Below the pieces are notes generated by a model that was given only the letters and a program-made list of their open reading frames with translations, had not been told where the DNA came from and did not search any database. Position numbers and translations under genes: made by a program. Shown piece by piece: positions 35,023 to 47,500 of a stretch of DNA of 64,000 nt (positions are counted from its first letter, which is position 1; the number at the start of each line of letters is the position of its first letter). The DNA is from Trichinella spiralis (lineage: Eukaryota), in NCBI RefSeq assembly GCF_000181795.1, contig NW_003526944.1, positions 3,952,934 to 4,016,933 of the forward strand. Direction: 5' to 3'.

Positions 35023-38000
35023 TCAATAATGTCTATGCGTTACGGCTGGTCGATCGGGAATTTTCGGGGCTGGCTTGTTATATGGCGGATAAAGCTGCCT
35101 GAAAAGTAGCAAAAATTCATTTTTCACAAAAAAATTTTTGTCATAAATTTTCAAAAAAAAACCATCCAAGGTATATCTATCGCTATTATGAGTGGTCGAT
35201 ATTAGAAACAAAAAACAGAACATCATAAAAACAAAACGACATCTAAACAAATCTGCGTGCCAACAACAGATATGCTTACCACACAATTTGGCCGTATTTT
35301 TGGCAAATAGCAATAATCACTTTGGACGCCTTGAAGAAACAATATCACTTACAATTGAATTATCAAATATAATTAATTAATATATAATTAGCTACATTAA
35401 TATAAACTAGTGGAGAATACTGAAAATAAGAGAAATAATTTTTAAAAAGAAAATGGAAGAAGCAGACAAAACAAACATACTGTGGAATCAGCGGTGGCGG
35501 CAAGGAACCAGCTCCCATTTGATTCAATGTAGGTGCAGGACGACTTGGTATCTTGGGTATTTGAATTCCTGCTCCTCCTCCTCCTACTGTTGGCACGGAC
35601 GAAGCCTGCACACCGACTGGCATTGGAGCAGGTCGAAGAGCAGCGCCACTAGCCGGGCGTGGCAAATTTGGCGACGGAGGACCATTGACCACTGGACGAG
35701 GGGGTATTATTTGATTGTCATTTTTAAGCCAGTCGTGTGAAGAAGAACCACCGCCGTTCGACGTGGAACTGATCGTGCTGGGCGTTGTGTTCAACGATAC
35801 GTCACCAATTATTCGTAAAGCCTCTTTGCACGCATGATACATCCTCAACATCTCCTCTCGACGTTGGCTTTCCGCCTCACTTTCTTCCATCATTGAATCT
35901 TGGTCACCGCTTTGATATAAATGGGCCAACAATTCGTGATGAATAAAATCATTCGTCTGAACAAATATGCATTTCACATAATAATAATAATTATTATTAT
36001 TATAATCCTCAATTACATTGTGAATCATCAAATGCATGATCGCCTTAGGCACCAAATCGCGAATCGTCTTCGTCACTATGCGCATGTAGGAGTCGACCAA
36101 ATTTCGAATAGTTTCCACCTGACGTTCCAATTGTGGATCCATACTCGAATTATCTTCTTGTCTCTAAAAAAACAAAACCAAAGCAGACAAACCATCCTCC
36201 AAATATATTTGCATACAATAAAATAGCCGATCAATTTTTGCTAACCTCTTCAGCACCAGCAGTTGATTCCTTTTCCGGATAAACACCGGCACGTAGAAAA
36301 CTAGCTTTCCAAGCATCCACTTCATCCGGTGTGATTGCAGACAATTCCAATTGTCTGTAATCTTTGTATACATTTCTAAGTCAAGAAAAAAAATTATTTA
36401 TAAAAAATCAGTTTTTAAATAAAGCACGCTGAAAAATTCACTTATTATCCGGGTAGAAGAGTGCAAATTTGTGCGTGCGAGACATAAAGCCAGCTTCGAT
36501 GTCGCGCAGTTTCAAACCGTCCAATGGCAGCATGTACTTTTTTTCCTTTTCCTAATATTAAAAAAAAGGGAATTTGCTTTCAATAGTTCGTTATCCAAGC
36601 AACAACAGATCCACATACTTCGTCATCTTTGTACCAGGAAAGGTTGTCCGAGCTGAGTACAAACCAAAAATCACGAGAACCACCTTTGATGAAAGAGACG
36701 TTGTGTATTGTTAGCCAGCCTTTCCGTATCACTTGATTGCCCAATTTTTTCTGCCGTTGCACCGCTGAAGCTTTAGCTTCGGCACTGAAAAATGAAATAT
36801 TTTTACAAAAAGTTATTTTCTGAAAGAAAAATCCCCAAAATTATACTTTGCAAAGCCGATAAAATCTTCGTGATTTGTATTCATGTAAGCCAATTCATAT
36901 TCGACCAATAGAATAAGTTGATCTTTGCATTTCTGCTCCCTGTCTCGCAGATGCGTGGTGACGATACGTTCCACTTCTTCCATCAATCGAGGATAACGAC
37001 TCATCTGAATAACAAATAAATTTAAAATAATTTCAATACAATAAATTTTTTTTCTTCTTCAATTTGATCACCATTTCCGCACACATGCGAATCACGTTGC
37101 CCAATTCGGTAACAACAAGGTCGACACATTTCAACGAAGGCTCTTTTAAGCGTGAAATCTGCTTTTTCACGATTGCTTCAAATGCCATATCTGGTGTAAA
37201 CAAGCCGACACTGAAAAAAAAATGACACCAAATGTTGTATATTCTTTTCAACCAAACAACAAACAATAGAATAATGTGGAAATACAACTCCTACCGTATG
37301 CCGTGGATGTTTCTGATTGCGTATGCAATTTCTTTGCGCAGTTCTTTTTCGTCGATTTCCATTTTGACAATTTCAAATGGAAAACGCTCATGGAACAGTC
37401 GATTAATTTTCGCTCCGCCACTCAATTCATTCACAGAAACATCCTTTCCACTGCTTCCTTCGATACTTTTCTCAAAGTCAGCACAAAACTGTTGGACCAT
37501 TCTCAAACGGCATGCAACGTTAATGGAGAACAATTTTCAATGAAACAATTTATCTAATTCTCTGCATACTGTAACATTGCTTTGGTCTTTCTCGACGGAT
37601 CGTCCGGACGGAAATTCTTATATTCCGATACATCTTTTTCCAATATTAATAACTGCCTTTGGAGTCGATCTCGCAATGCTGGCAGTGTATCACGAATGTG
37701 GTTGGTCAACTGCTGATTCAGCACCTTCTGCAAATACGTGGTTCCCATCCGGTCTGCCATGTGCCTGAAGGAAAAAAAAATCAACAAACCTTACATACAT
37801 ACATACATACCTAGAGCCTGCATGAGATGAATAATAATAATTCACCTGTATGAAGGATGACTGAGAAAAAAGCGCCGCTCAGCTTCCAAAGCGGAACGGA
37901 TATCTTTCCTACCGTCGATGTCCTTCTGACTTCTGTTCACAACGCCAATATAGCCTAAACAGTGAGCAGATTAAAAATTGCACATTCATCATTCGTTCCA

Positions 38001-40584
38001 CTGTACCTCTTCTCAAGGGCAAAAGGCGATTTTCCAATATTTCCCTGGCATCTGTGCCTTCGTCCATCAAATCCAATTTAGTAATAACTCCAATCGTACG
38101 CTGACCAGCAGGATCAACCTCTTTTGCCAATTTCAACGCATCCGACGTTGCCAGATCCGTGTTTGCCGATGTTACGGCCAGTATGAGACAATTCTCTCTT
38201 GTTACATATGTCAAAATCATGTCACGAATTTGCGTTTCAATATCATGTGGCTGATCACCCACCGGTACTTTGGTCAATCCGGGAAGGTCGATCAGGGTTA
38301 AATTCAAGACTTCAAAAAAGAACAATAAAGAAATATTTATTTATTAAAAAAATTTCAAATTACGAACCATTTGGAGAATATATCCGCAAATTGATTGGCA
38401 CAGGAGATATACCTTTATTGGATCCGGTAACACGTTCAGTTTCAGCTTCAATTTCAGCTCGAATCAACTCAAAGTCACCGTACTTTTGGCCCTTTTTATG
38501 CAAAAATTCACCATATTCTAAAAGTTAATAAATTACGCAGTTCATTAAAAAAAGATTGAATAATAATTCCACTTGCCTACACTTCTATCGTGTATTAACT
38601 GAAGTACAAGAGGACGTCGAGTGACGATTCCAGATCCTCTCGGCAGAAAATCTCTAAATAAAAATAATAATACAATTTTAACATAACATTATTTCACTAC
38701 AAAATGCAGCTAAACTAGTCTAAAAGTGTGAGATTGCTTGTGCCACCTTCAATTAACAACAGCACACAGAGCATGATTGAAGCCTTTTCAGAGAATTCTA
38801 AATCGGAACAACAATCAAACATTAAAATATTAAATATGTTCCAAAAATTGCCATTTGATCGTGTGCTGAAAAACAACAACGACAACACGTTTTATTGACA
38901 ATTTCAATTTTGACAACAATGCAATCAAAAATTGCAATCGTAATGAAAAACAATTATTTCAAAAACCACAACTAGAGTTTTTCAAAAATAAAACATCTAA
39001 TTTTCTTTCATTAAATTGTCATCCTGAAAAGAATAATACATTTTCAATAAATTTTTACAAATTGCCTGCCATTTTGTTACAGGTGTTGAATTTTCTCGTT
39101 GTCAACACAAATTCAATTTCTATTCCACATTATTAACAAACAATTATGATATACAGAAATATTTTCAATCAAAAGGAAAAAAAATATATACACCTCATCC
39201 AATAATAAAAATAAAAGTGAAAAAATTCCCAATAAAAAATAGTCATTCATTGATTCATAAAAATTGAACAATTTATTCAAAATTATTAACATTTCATGAA
39301 ATGTAAGCTTCAAAAAGATTACACAATATTTTGCACTGATTGACAAAAATAGCAATTTCAATTATTTTCTAATAAATATTTAATTTTGAAAGATTTGCAT
39401 TTAAGTCAAACCAATAAAAAGCAAAATAAAGCTCATCAACTATTTGAATCAGAACATTAAAAAAACAAAAAAGTAACAATTTATTGTATTTCAATTATAA
39501 TCAAACATCTTGACCATTAAATGGCATTACTCATGGGCAAGCAAAGCACTTAACAAAAGCATTCCTGTTTGACGTCTAACCTCATTTTATAAGTAGTTCA
39601 ACCCTGTTTGCAATTAGTATATGCTTCCTTCTGGTTGAACATATCGTTATTACTATTATTATTATTATCATCATCATTACTCATCGTGTTACATAACAGT
39701 AAGAAATACACCCACGTTATAAAATATACTGTGATCAAATTTTTACATCCTTTTAACAAATATTGGAATTCAATTTCACTTCCAAAATAAACAATTTGAA
39801 AATTTTCAAACTTGTTATTTAAGAAAATTATAATAAACTATGCACATGAAGAACTGAAAATCGGCACTGGGAGTTGTGAAGCGTCGATAGCCAATTAAAA
39901 ATTCAATAACAACTAAAGCATAAATCGCAATAAATTGATTTCTTGACAATCAATATGAAGTGGATGACAATACAGATGCAGAAAAGTTGCAAGTCCGATT
40001 TGACGACGGTTTGCTTACTACTTTACTGATCAGTGAAAGTATTCGTGGAGCATCGTGAAAATGAAAGATTGATTTTTAAGCTTGAGAAGAATGCACGTCA
40101 GATGCATATATTTGAAAACATTTTCAGAAATCAATAAGTGAACAGATTCAAATATGATGATGATGATGATTTGTGTCACGCAACCTTTCAATACAAACCA
40201 AATATACAATTTCGCAGAACTATGCTAGTACGTGTAACCTGTTAATGCGCAAAATATGCACTTCTACATATGACCTTCGTCATTGGATCTTTGCAACATA
40301 AAAATCACAGACAAACAAACAAACAGCCACTTTTCCAATTTTGCAATTCAAATTAACCATAATTTTTAATAAATGAACAAATAAGTACAACAGAAAAAGA
40401 AAACAACTTAAACTCACTTTCCAACAAATGCTTCTAGAACACTTGATTTTCCAGCACTTTGACCACCTACGACAGCAATCTGCGGCAAATCAAGTGCAAG
40501 TGATACTCCAAGTTTGTTGAAAGCATCTTGGAGTTGATTAACCAGCGGAATTAACTGCTGCATACCTTGATTAATCCAAGCCAT
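35023..40584 (-). CDS. dyn-1: Classical dynamin (GTPase, middle, PH, GED, proline-rich domains)
   Basis: ATG 40584 [64 protein letters not shown] domain [31 protein letters not shown]; Pro-rich tail; first intron about 1.75 kb. Confidence 0.98.
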
Positions 40585-41493
40585 TGTATATGCTTTGTTT
40601 TCTACAAAAGCAAATCAAATCAACAACGTCAAGCGACAAAGTGCTTCGTTTAAATGTGATACAAAAAGCAGTGACGCCTATCTGTTATAGAAAGCTCACA
40701 CCTGACTGAAATGTAAAACTTCAACGTCGATGCAATATTTTAATCGGCTCAATTACGGAAAACAGATCAATAACCCGCTGAAATTCAATGAAGGTGGTTG
40801 ATCAGTAAAAGAAAAACCCACAAAAATAGAATTAGAAATGACTTATCGGTATTATTTAACTTGACATTACTGAACAGAATAGTGTTTATTTATTGTTGAT
40901 AACATTATAAACATACTAATATTTTCGCAACACCAGCATAAGTTAACCCGCTAACTTGTTCATACAGTAAGATTCCATACGATACTTAAGAACCATGAAG
41001 TACAATTAACTACCAACAGTATAAGTTCAAATATAGGTTGGAATATTTATCATAATTTTTAAAAGTGCAAAAATTTTTTGGTTGCATTTTTTACCACATG
41101 CATTGAAATGATAATTTCAAATAATAATTTACAATTTTTTTAAATATCAGTGAATCTTTAAAAAACCTATACATACAATGTACAATTACCTATAAATACC
41201 TATACACTCAACAGTTGATTCATTTTCAAAAATTCATTTGCAGATGAAAATTATTCTTCATTTAAAATTTTGATGAATTAAAAATAATAAACCATAAATT
41301 AGTATATGCAATAAAAATTTCTGACAAACAGCATTCAACAATACCTACATGCACGAGATGGATGAGCTCTATTTCAATGAATATACAAATATTTGTCGAT
41401 AAATACAACTTAATTTCAATTTTATTGAACTTCAAAAACAAAAACAATTTTACATTTTAATTACCATTCCTCTTCAAAGTAATGAAACATATT

Positions 41494-43829
41494 TCATCCC
41501 CCTCTTTCTTTTGAGCGTTTCATCATTTTACTCGTCATCTTCGGTTTCAACTTTTTCCTCGCATCCTTAGCATGAACTTTCTGCTTCATCATCATCTTCT
41601 TCTTCTTGTTTCTTTTATTCCCTTCAACATTAGAGCTTTCACGAAAGTCATCATCCAATTGTTTTTCCAAAAATGTTCGATCAATTGGATAAATTGGCAT
41701 GCCCATTTTCGTAGAAACCACAGGTTCAACAATTAATTTATGCGCTGTTTCTGGATTCCATTCTTTTCCAATTGGTTGTTTCAAAGTTTCTTCAAAAGCA
41801 GCCGATTTTGAAAATGGAAATGGAACCTTTTTAATCTGCTTTGAGCGCAACTGCTTGTCCGCTTCTTGGCAGATGTAAACCAACTGCTTTTCCTTATTTG
41901 GTTGCTTTTCCTTCTCATTTTCTACACCCGCATTCAAAGATTTGCTTCGCTTCTCAACAATGCCCGGACCTGTCCAACTGTTCCAGCCGGGCATCGATGA
42001 CAAGTTAGCAGCGTTTGATTCATCGTCACTTGATTCTTCCGCATCAAATTCAGCCACTACATCATCTTCCATAAATGCTTCTGAAATGAGGGCTTCCTGT
42101 TCGCCCAAATCAATGCGATCTTCTAAAATTTCCGGAGCAACTTTCGGTGTCAAATCCAGCATCACTTTGCCGGGCGTCTGGGAACTCTACAAATACAAAT
42201 TAATTAATGCAATCTAAACAAAATACCGATTCAAATTACAATTCTTACCATTCATTAAAATAGATAAAATAGCATATTCTATTGATTAAAAGTGCTTTGA
42301 ATTTTCCACTACTGTTTATATAAATTGGAATATCAAAAAGTGTATATATAATTTTATTAAAAATAAAATAAAAGTTGAAACCTACCTTGATTTTCACTTA
42401 CTGTAGAGCAAATTTTAAAGTTAAATTTGAAATAATTCTACTGTGAAAAAGAATAATTAAGTAATAACAAAATACCAATTAGACATGCTAATTAAAAACT
42501 TTCTCAAAAATACCAACAGTTTAAAAGTAACTGCACAACTAATACGTATATTATATACTGACGCAAGGCATACATGATTTTCATAAATGCTAATTTTCGA
42601 AAATTCAAATTAGTAAAAAATAAACTCAAAAAAACAATAGTTCAACAGAATAAACAGAACAGAAAGGTCAACTAACTTGATGCGGTGAACTAACGTCTTC
42701 AACATCCATTGCATCTCCGTATAAATTATCTTCTTCGTCTTCGCTCTTCGCCAACTCGTGCGCGTATCCAAGCTTCACCACAAGTTCTTTAGCTTTTCGA
42801 ATCTGCTCCTGCAACATCTGACGCATCTCTGGATCATTCTTGGACAAACCTTTCATCCGTTTCGACCAGGTTCCCGTACCACGGTGACGAAGGGTTGCGC
42901 GTTCGATTATTCGATCGCGTTCGAGTTGTTGGAATTTTTCCGCCGCAGCTGCCGGATCAGAGTGAATTAACTGCTCCAATTCGTTGATTAGGCGCTTTTT
43001 TTCGGTTTTCTTGCGCAACCGATGAAAAGCTTTACTTTTTATGCGCTTCAGCCGTCGATATTTCCTCTCCTGGTATGACACCAGAGCTCTGAACCGTTTC
43101 AACTTGTCCATCGCCTGTTTGGCATCTTCCAAACGTAGTTGTTCCAATTTTCGCTTTTCATCTTCGGTAATTTCGGTTTCGTTGTTCAAATCGCCACCGA
43201 TGCTTTTCAAAATTTCGGCACTTTGCAATTCAAGCTCCGTGAGCGGTTTGAAATTTTTCGCTTCTTCTTCAACCGTCGGCAAACGAAAACTGCACTTGGT
43301 CAGGGGAAATCTGAGTTTTTCGGCCAATCGATTGCTGTGCACAAGGTGTTGCCAATCGTCGACAGTTTCGCACGCTTTGCGATAATTCAATTTTCGTCGA
43401 ATAACCGCTTGGGCCGCGTTGTGCAAAGGCGTATCGAGCACGTTGTGCCTGTCGTGAGCGACTTGAAGCCGCTTTTTCACCTCGTTCAAATTTTTCAAGC
43501 TTTTCGTCAAAAGACTGCTCATCTTGACGGCCGCTTTTTCATCCAAAATTGGTAAAGCCATTTCCGAAATTTGGCGTCCTGGCTCAGTTCGGACTGTCGA
43601 TTGCAAATTTTTCAGCCTCTTCGAAGAGTTCATCATATCCGCAGCAAACTAAAGAAACGTAAAAGAAAAACGTTGTGAAAATTTTTCAAAAAACAAAATT
43701 CAACAAGAAAACAATTTTCAGTCAAAAATTTTCTTACTAATCTGCAATTGCAAAGAAATACATTAAAAAAATACACATTTCATCAAAAATACTAAACAAA
43801 TAATTCTAAAAGTTTACTGATTCATCCAT
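41494..43829 (-). CDS. UTP14: U3 snoRNP-associated protein 14 (SSU processome)
   Basis: KYRRLKRIKSKAFHR, ERATLRHRGTGTWSK, MPGWNSWTG, VPFPF...FEETLKQPIGKEWN. Putative exons 43829-43818, 43648-42677, ~42187-41494. Confidence 0.9.
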
Positions 43830-44545
43830 TTTCACATGCAAAATTCAAACAGCTCTTTATACGTTTAACATTTTATTCATGAACAAATAAAGAATGCAGA
43901 GAAAGGTTAAATGAAGAAAAAAAAAGACATTTCGCTATTTTAAATTCAGCATCAATTTGAACAGAATGAAATTCACGCATGCACGTAACGTACGCTAGAT
44001 GCAATGTTGCAGTACACTGTTTGTATAATCAAGTACGCACGTTTATTTGAAATAATACAATCGCCCGTTGAATGACGCGAAAAAACAAACAAGTGAATAA
44101 AACATTTCTGAACAAAATGTGAAATATTTGAAATATTTATTTGTCCATTTTAAAGTACTTTTTTTTGGAAATTTTCTTCTCCCAGTCAATCAACTTATTT
44201 TTCGATTCGTAATATTGCAGCGGTGAGGATGAAGTTTTAAATTTATTTATTGCAAAAAAGAATACTCCAGAAAAAAATATTCCAAAAAAATGCACTATTG
44301 TTCGTTAAAATCGAAGAAATAACGCCTAAATAAATTTTACTGTAATTACAGTACTCCCGGCCTCCCGTAGCGTTGGTTGATAAGAAGTTGTTTGGTCGGG
44401 CGCGCTATTTGTTATCAACAGCTAGATTTGCGACGAATCGACCGTCTCTGTCGCCAGTTGGCGCGCTTAGTAACGTCGTAAACGATATTACAAGCCGGTC
44501 GGCCTCGGCTCGAACCAGACGCGATCGATTGCTGTTGTCACGACG

Positions 44546-47500
44546 ATGCCCGTCAAAAAGCAAGGTAAACTCGGTGTTCTTGGTTGTTGAAATTGTTTAC
44601 AATGGATTCTTTTGTTGTGTATATGTATTTTTTTGTTCTTCTTCTTCTCGTGCTTCACTTGATTTGTTAAGAATTTCAAAATTTACTCTTTAATCTGTTG
44701 AACAATTTAGAGAAATAAACAAACGTAAAAAAGAAAACAGCAAATAGGTTCAAGTTTGCAAAATGCAATTTTTGCAAAGTTGATGTAAAACAACGAAAAG
44801 TTGAGGATCAGTAGAATTGAGAGTTTGGATTGGGAAATAAATTTTCAATTTGTTGTATGCTTTACTTTTTTTTTCCTTTTGCAGAAGCCCATCGGGCGTT
44901 AGAGTTGCTCGAAGAGTATCACAAAAGTTTGATACGTGCCGATGACCGGCAACTTCGTGAAGCAATAGAGCGTGTGATCACCATATTTAAATGTCGTCTT
45001 TTTCAAGCGTTGCTTGGTAAGTTTGAATTTCCTATTCCTATTTATTGCATTGGAGCGAAGTTAATAATAATTTCACCTTGATTTCCCGCACAATAGTTGC
45101 AATTTTTGCTCCCATACAGAGATTAAGAGCAGGAGGAGGAGGGAGAAGGTTGAGGTTTTTTCATTGCCAACCTTCATAGTTTTTCGTGGCCGCTACTGGC
45201 CGGTGGGAAAAGACGGGTGAAAGTCTCATCGTCGGTGACCTCGACCGGCCTTTCTGTGCCACTTGAGGTCACATGGGCAGTTTGGACGAATTTTTGCAAT
45301 TGTCATCCACTAACCGACTCGACTACTGCTAGCTCGGACAGTTTGTTCTCCACTAGCCGGTGACTGATACGGCTTGTTTTGCCCATTGCATAGCTGACCG
45401 GCTACGTCATTTCTGCATTCCTTCACCACCACAACCTACACCTACGCCTATTCGTCAAGCTTCATCCTCGCATACTTTGATTGTTGAATAATCATAATAA
45501 TTGACTTTGCTTACTGAACGGCTCTGAAAGCGGGCGAACAAGCCAACCAACCGACCGACCCGAGATGGCGCCGAGCCGGTTTTCTAGTCGCACCCTGTCG
45601 AGCAGATTTGACCAGCCTAAAACTAAAACCGGTTCCCAAGAAATTTGCAAACTACAGCTATGTCAAATTACCAACAAATACCATTTCCTCAACTTATATA
45701 TTTTGCATAATTTAATCATTTTATTATTATTATTATTATTACTGATATTGTTATGTGATTAAATTATTCTATCACAAATACACTGATGAATCATCATTTA
45801 AATTATATATATATTGATGTTGATTCTGCACAGAAAATTGTCATAAAACTGTTTCAAGTTTTCTTTTGTATGAATAATTTCGCAAACGACCTGTTCGACC
45901 TGAATGCAACTGACGCTAACACGTTGGACCTTGCCGATCAATAAAAATGATGTCTGTGCCTGCCTGTATAATCGACAACAATTATTTACACAACTGAATG
46001 ATGTCATCTTATATTTATTTGTTTGTTTATTCTGTTTTCGCTTCTTCTCTCGTGTGCGGTTGTTTCCGTTTTGGAATATTTTTTTCAACCGACATTTTGC
46101 ATGTTCAGCATTTGCAAGCGAGTAAACAAAATCACGACGACAACAATTGCAAAAATCCAAACTGTCCCCTCTTGTTGTTGATGCTGCACATGCTTATATG
46201 CTTCTCCTCCTCTTCGGTGAAGTTTGCAGAAGCTGTGCTACCCTGTGAAAGTTGGCCAGTTTTCAATCAAAACTTGCCAACGTGTATAACTATGGAAAAA
46301 TATTTGCATTTGATTTAAGCCGTGTACCGACTGTTTTTATATTATAACTTTTAGCATGTACTTCTTGAGCAAAGAGAGAAAAGATATATAGAGAGAGAGA
46401 GCAATAAATAAAAACAGCAAAAAGAAAAGCAAAACTAATCTTATCTAAGATTATGTCAAACAGTGTAAATGATTAATTTCGAAACTGCCCACCACATGTT
46501 TTGTTAGCATTACGGTGTTTGTCTTTTTTTCATTTTTCTCCTATGCAAAAAAAACATACGCTAAATTGAAAACTACTCCACATCTTTCTTTGTATGCACG
46601 ATGTTGCAAACGGGGGAGGGGCGAGGGGACAACAGTTTTGCAACAGTATCGATCGAGAAGAGTAAAAAATTTGAAATTTTTCTTATTTTTTTTAGAGATT
46701 CAAGAATTTTACGAAGAGACTTTGCTCAATGAGCACAAATCGTTGCTGCAAAAGACAGTGGAAACGAATTTGGTGGCCGATCGTTGGGAAGGGAACCCTC
46801 CGATTGTTGGTCCAAATACGTCGAACAAGACCGTAAGGGAGAGAGTGCAGTTTGTGCACTGGCGCGTGCGCGCGAGTTTAAAAGAGAAAATTAAAATATA
46901 AATTAATTTAAGACCGATTCTTATGCATCTTTCGTCGACGCTTACAAGAAAAGCACAAGCCCCACGGCTGCAACTTCTACAATATCCTCGTTTCCGGCTT
47001 CACTTCGCGGCGGTCCGCAACGCGACTTGGATTCGCCCGGTCCATTTTACACATCCGCTCCGTCTGGACAACCGAAATTATTCAACAGTATTTCCCAGCC
47101 GGTCAGGGATTCTTGGCAAGACGACTCTTTGGCTGCGGACAGTCGTTATGTGAGATTTCCCCTTTCATTACTTTTTATCCACGTAGTTTGAAAGTGGTGG
47201 CGGTGATGATGATCATAATAAATATAGGAATTCTTTTTTTTCTTATTATTATTTTCATTTTATGACGCAAGCTGTTTGTTTGTTATTTTTTTGTCATTCC
47301 AAACACACTTGTTGTTGTTGTCGTGTAGTTTAGCCAACTGATGATGTTCGAGAATGGGAATTGTGTAATTGTTGAGAAAATTTTGCTTGCAGACAAACGG
47401 CAGTCACGACGACAATTGGGAATACGAAGAGATAATATTGGAAAAGGGAACCATCGCCGGTTTGGGATTCAGCATCTCCGGCGGTCGGGACAATCCGCAC

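Noticed and set aside
31703..43829. Co-oriented UTP14, dyn-1 and TPD52 as a nematode operon
   Set aside because: Stop-to-start spacing of about 0.9 and 1.5 kb, and no trans-splicing evidence can be obtained from this sequence.
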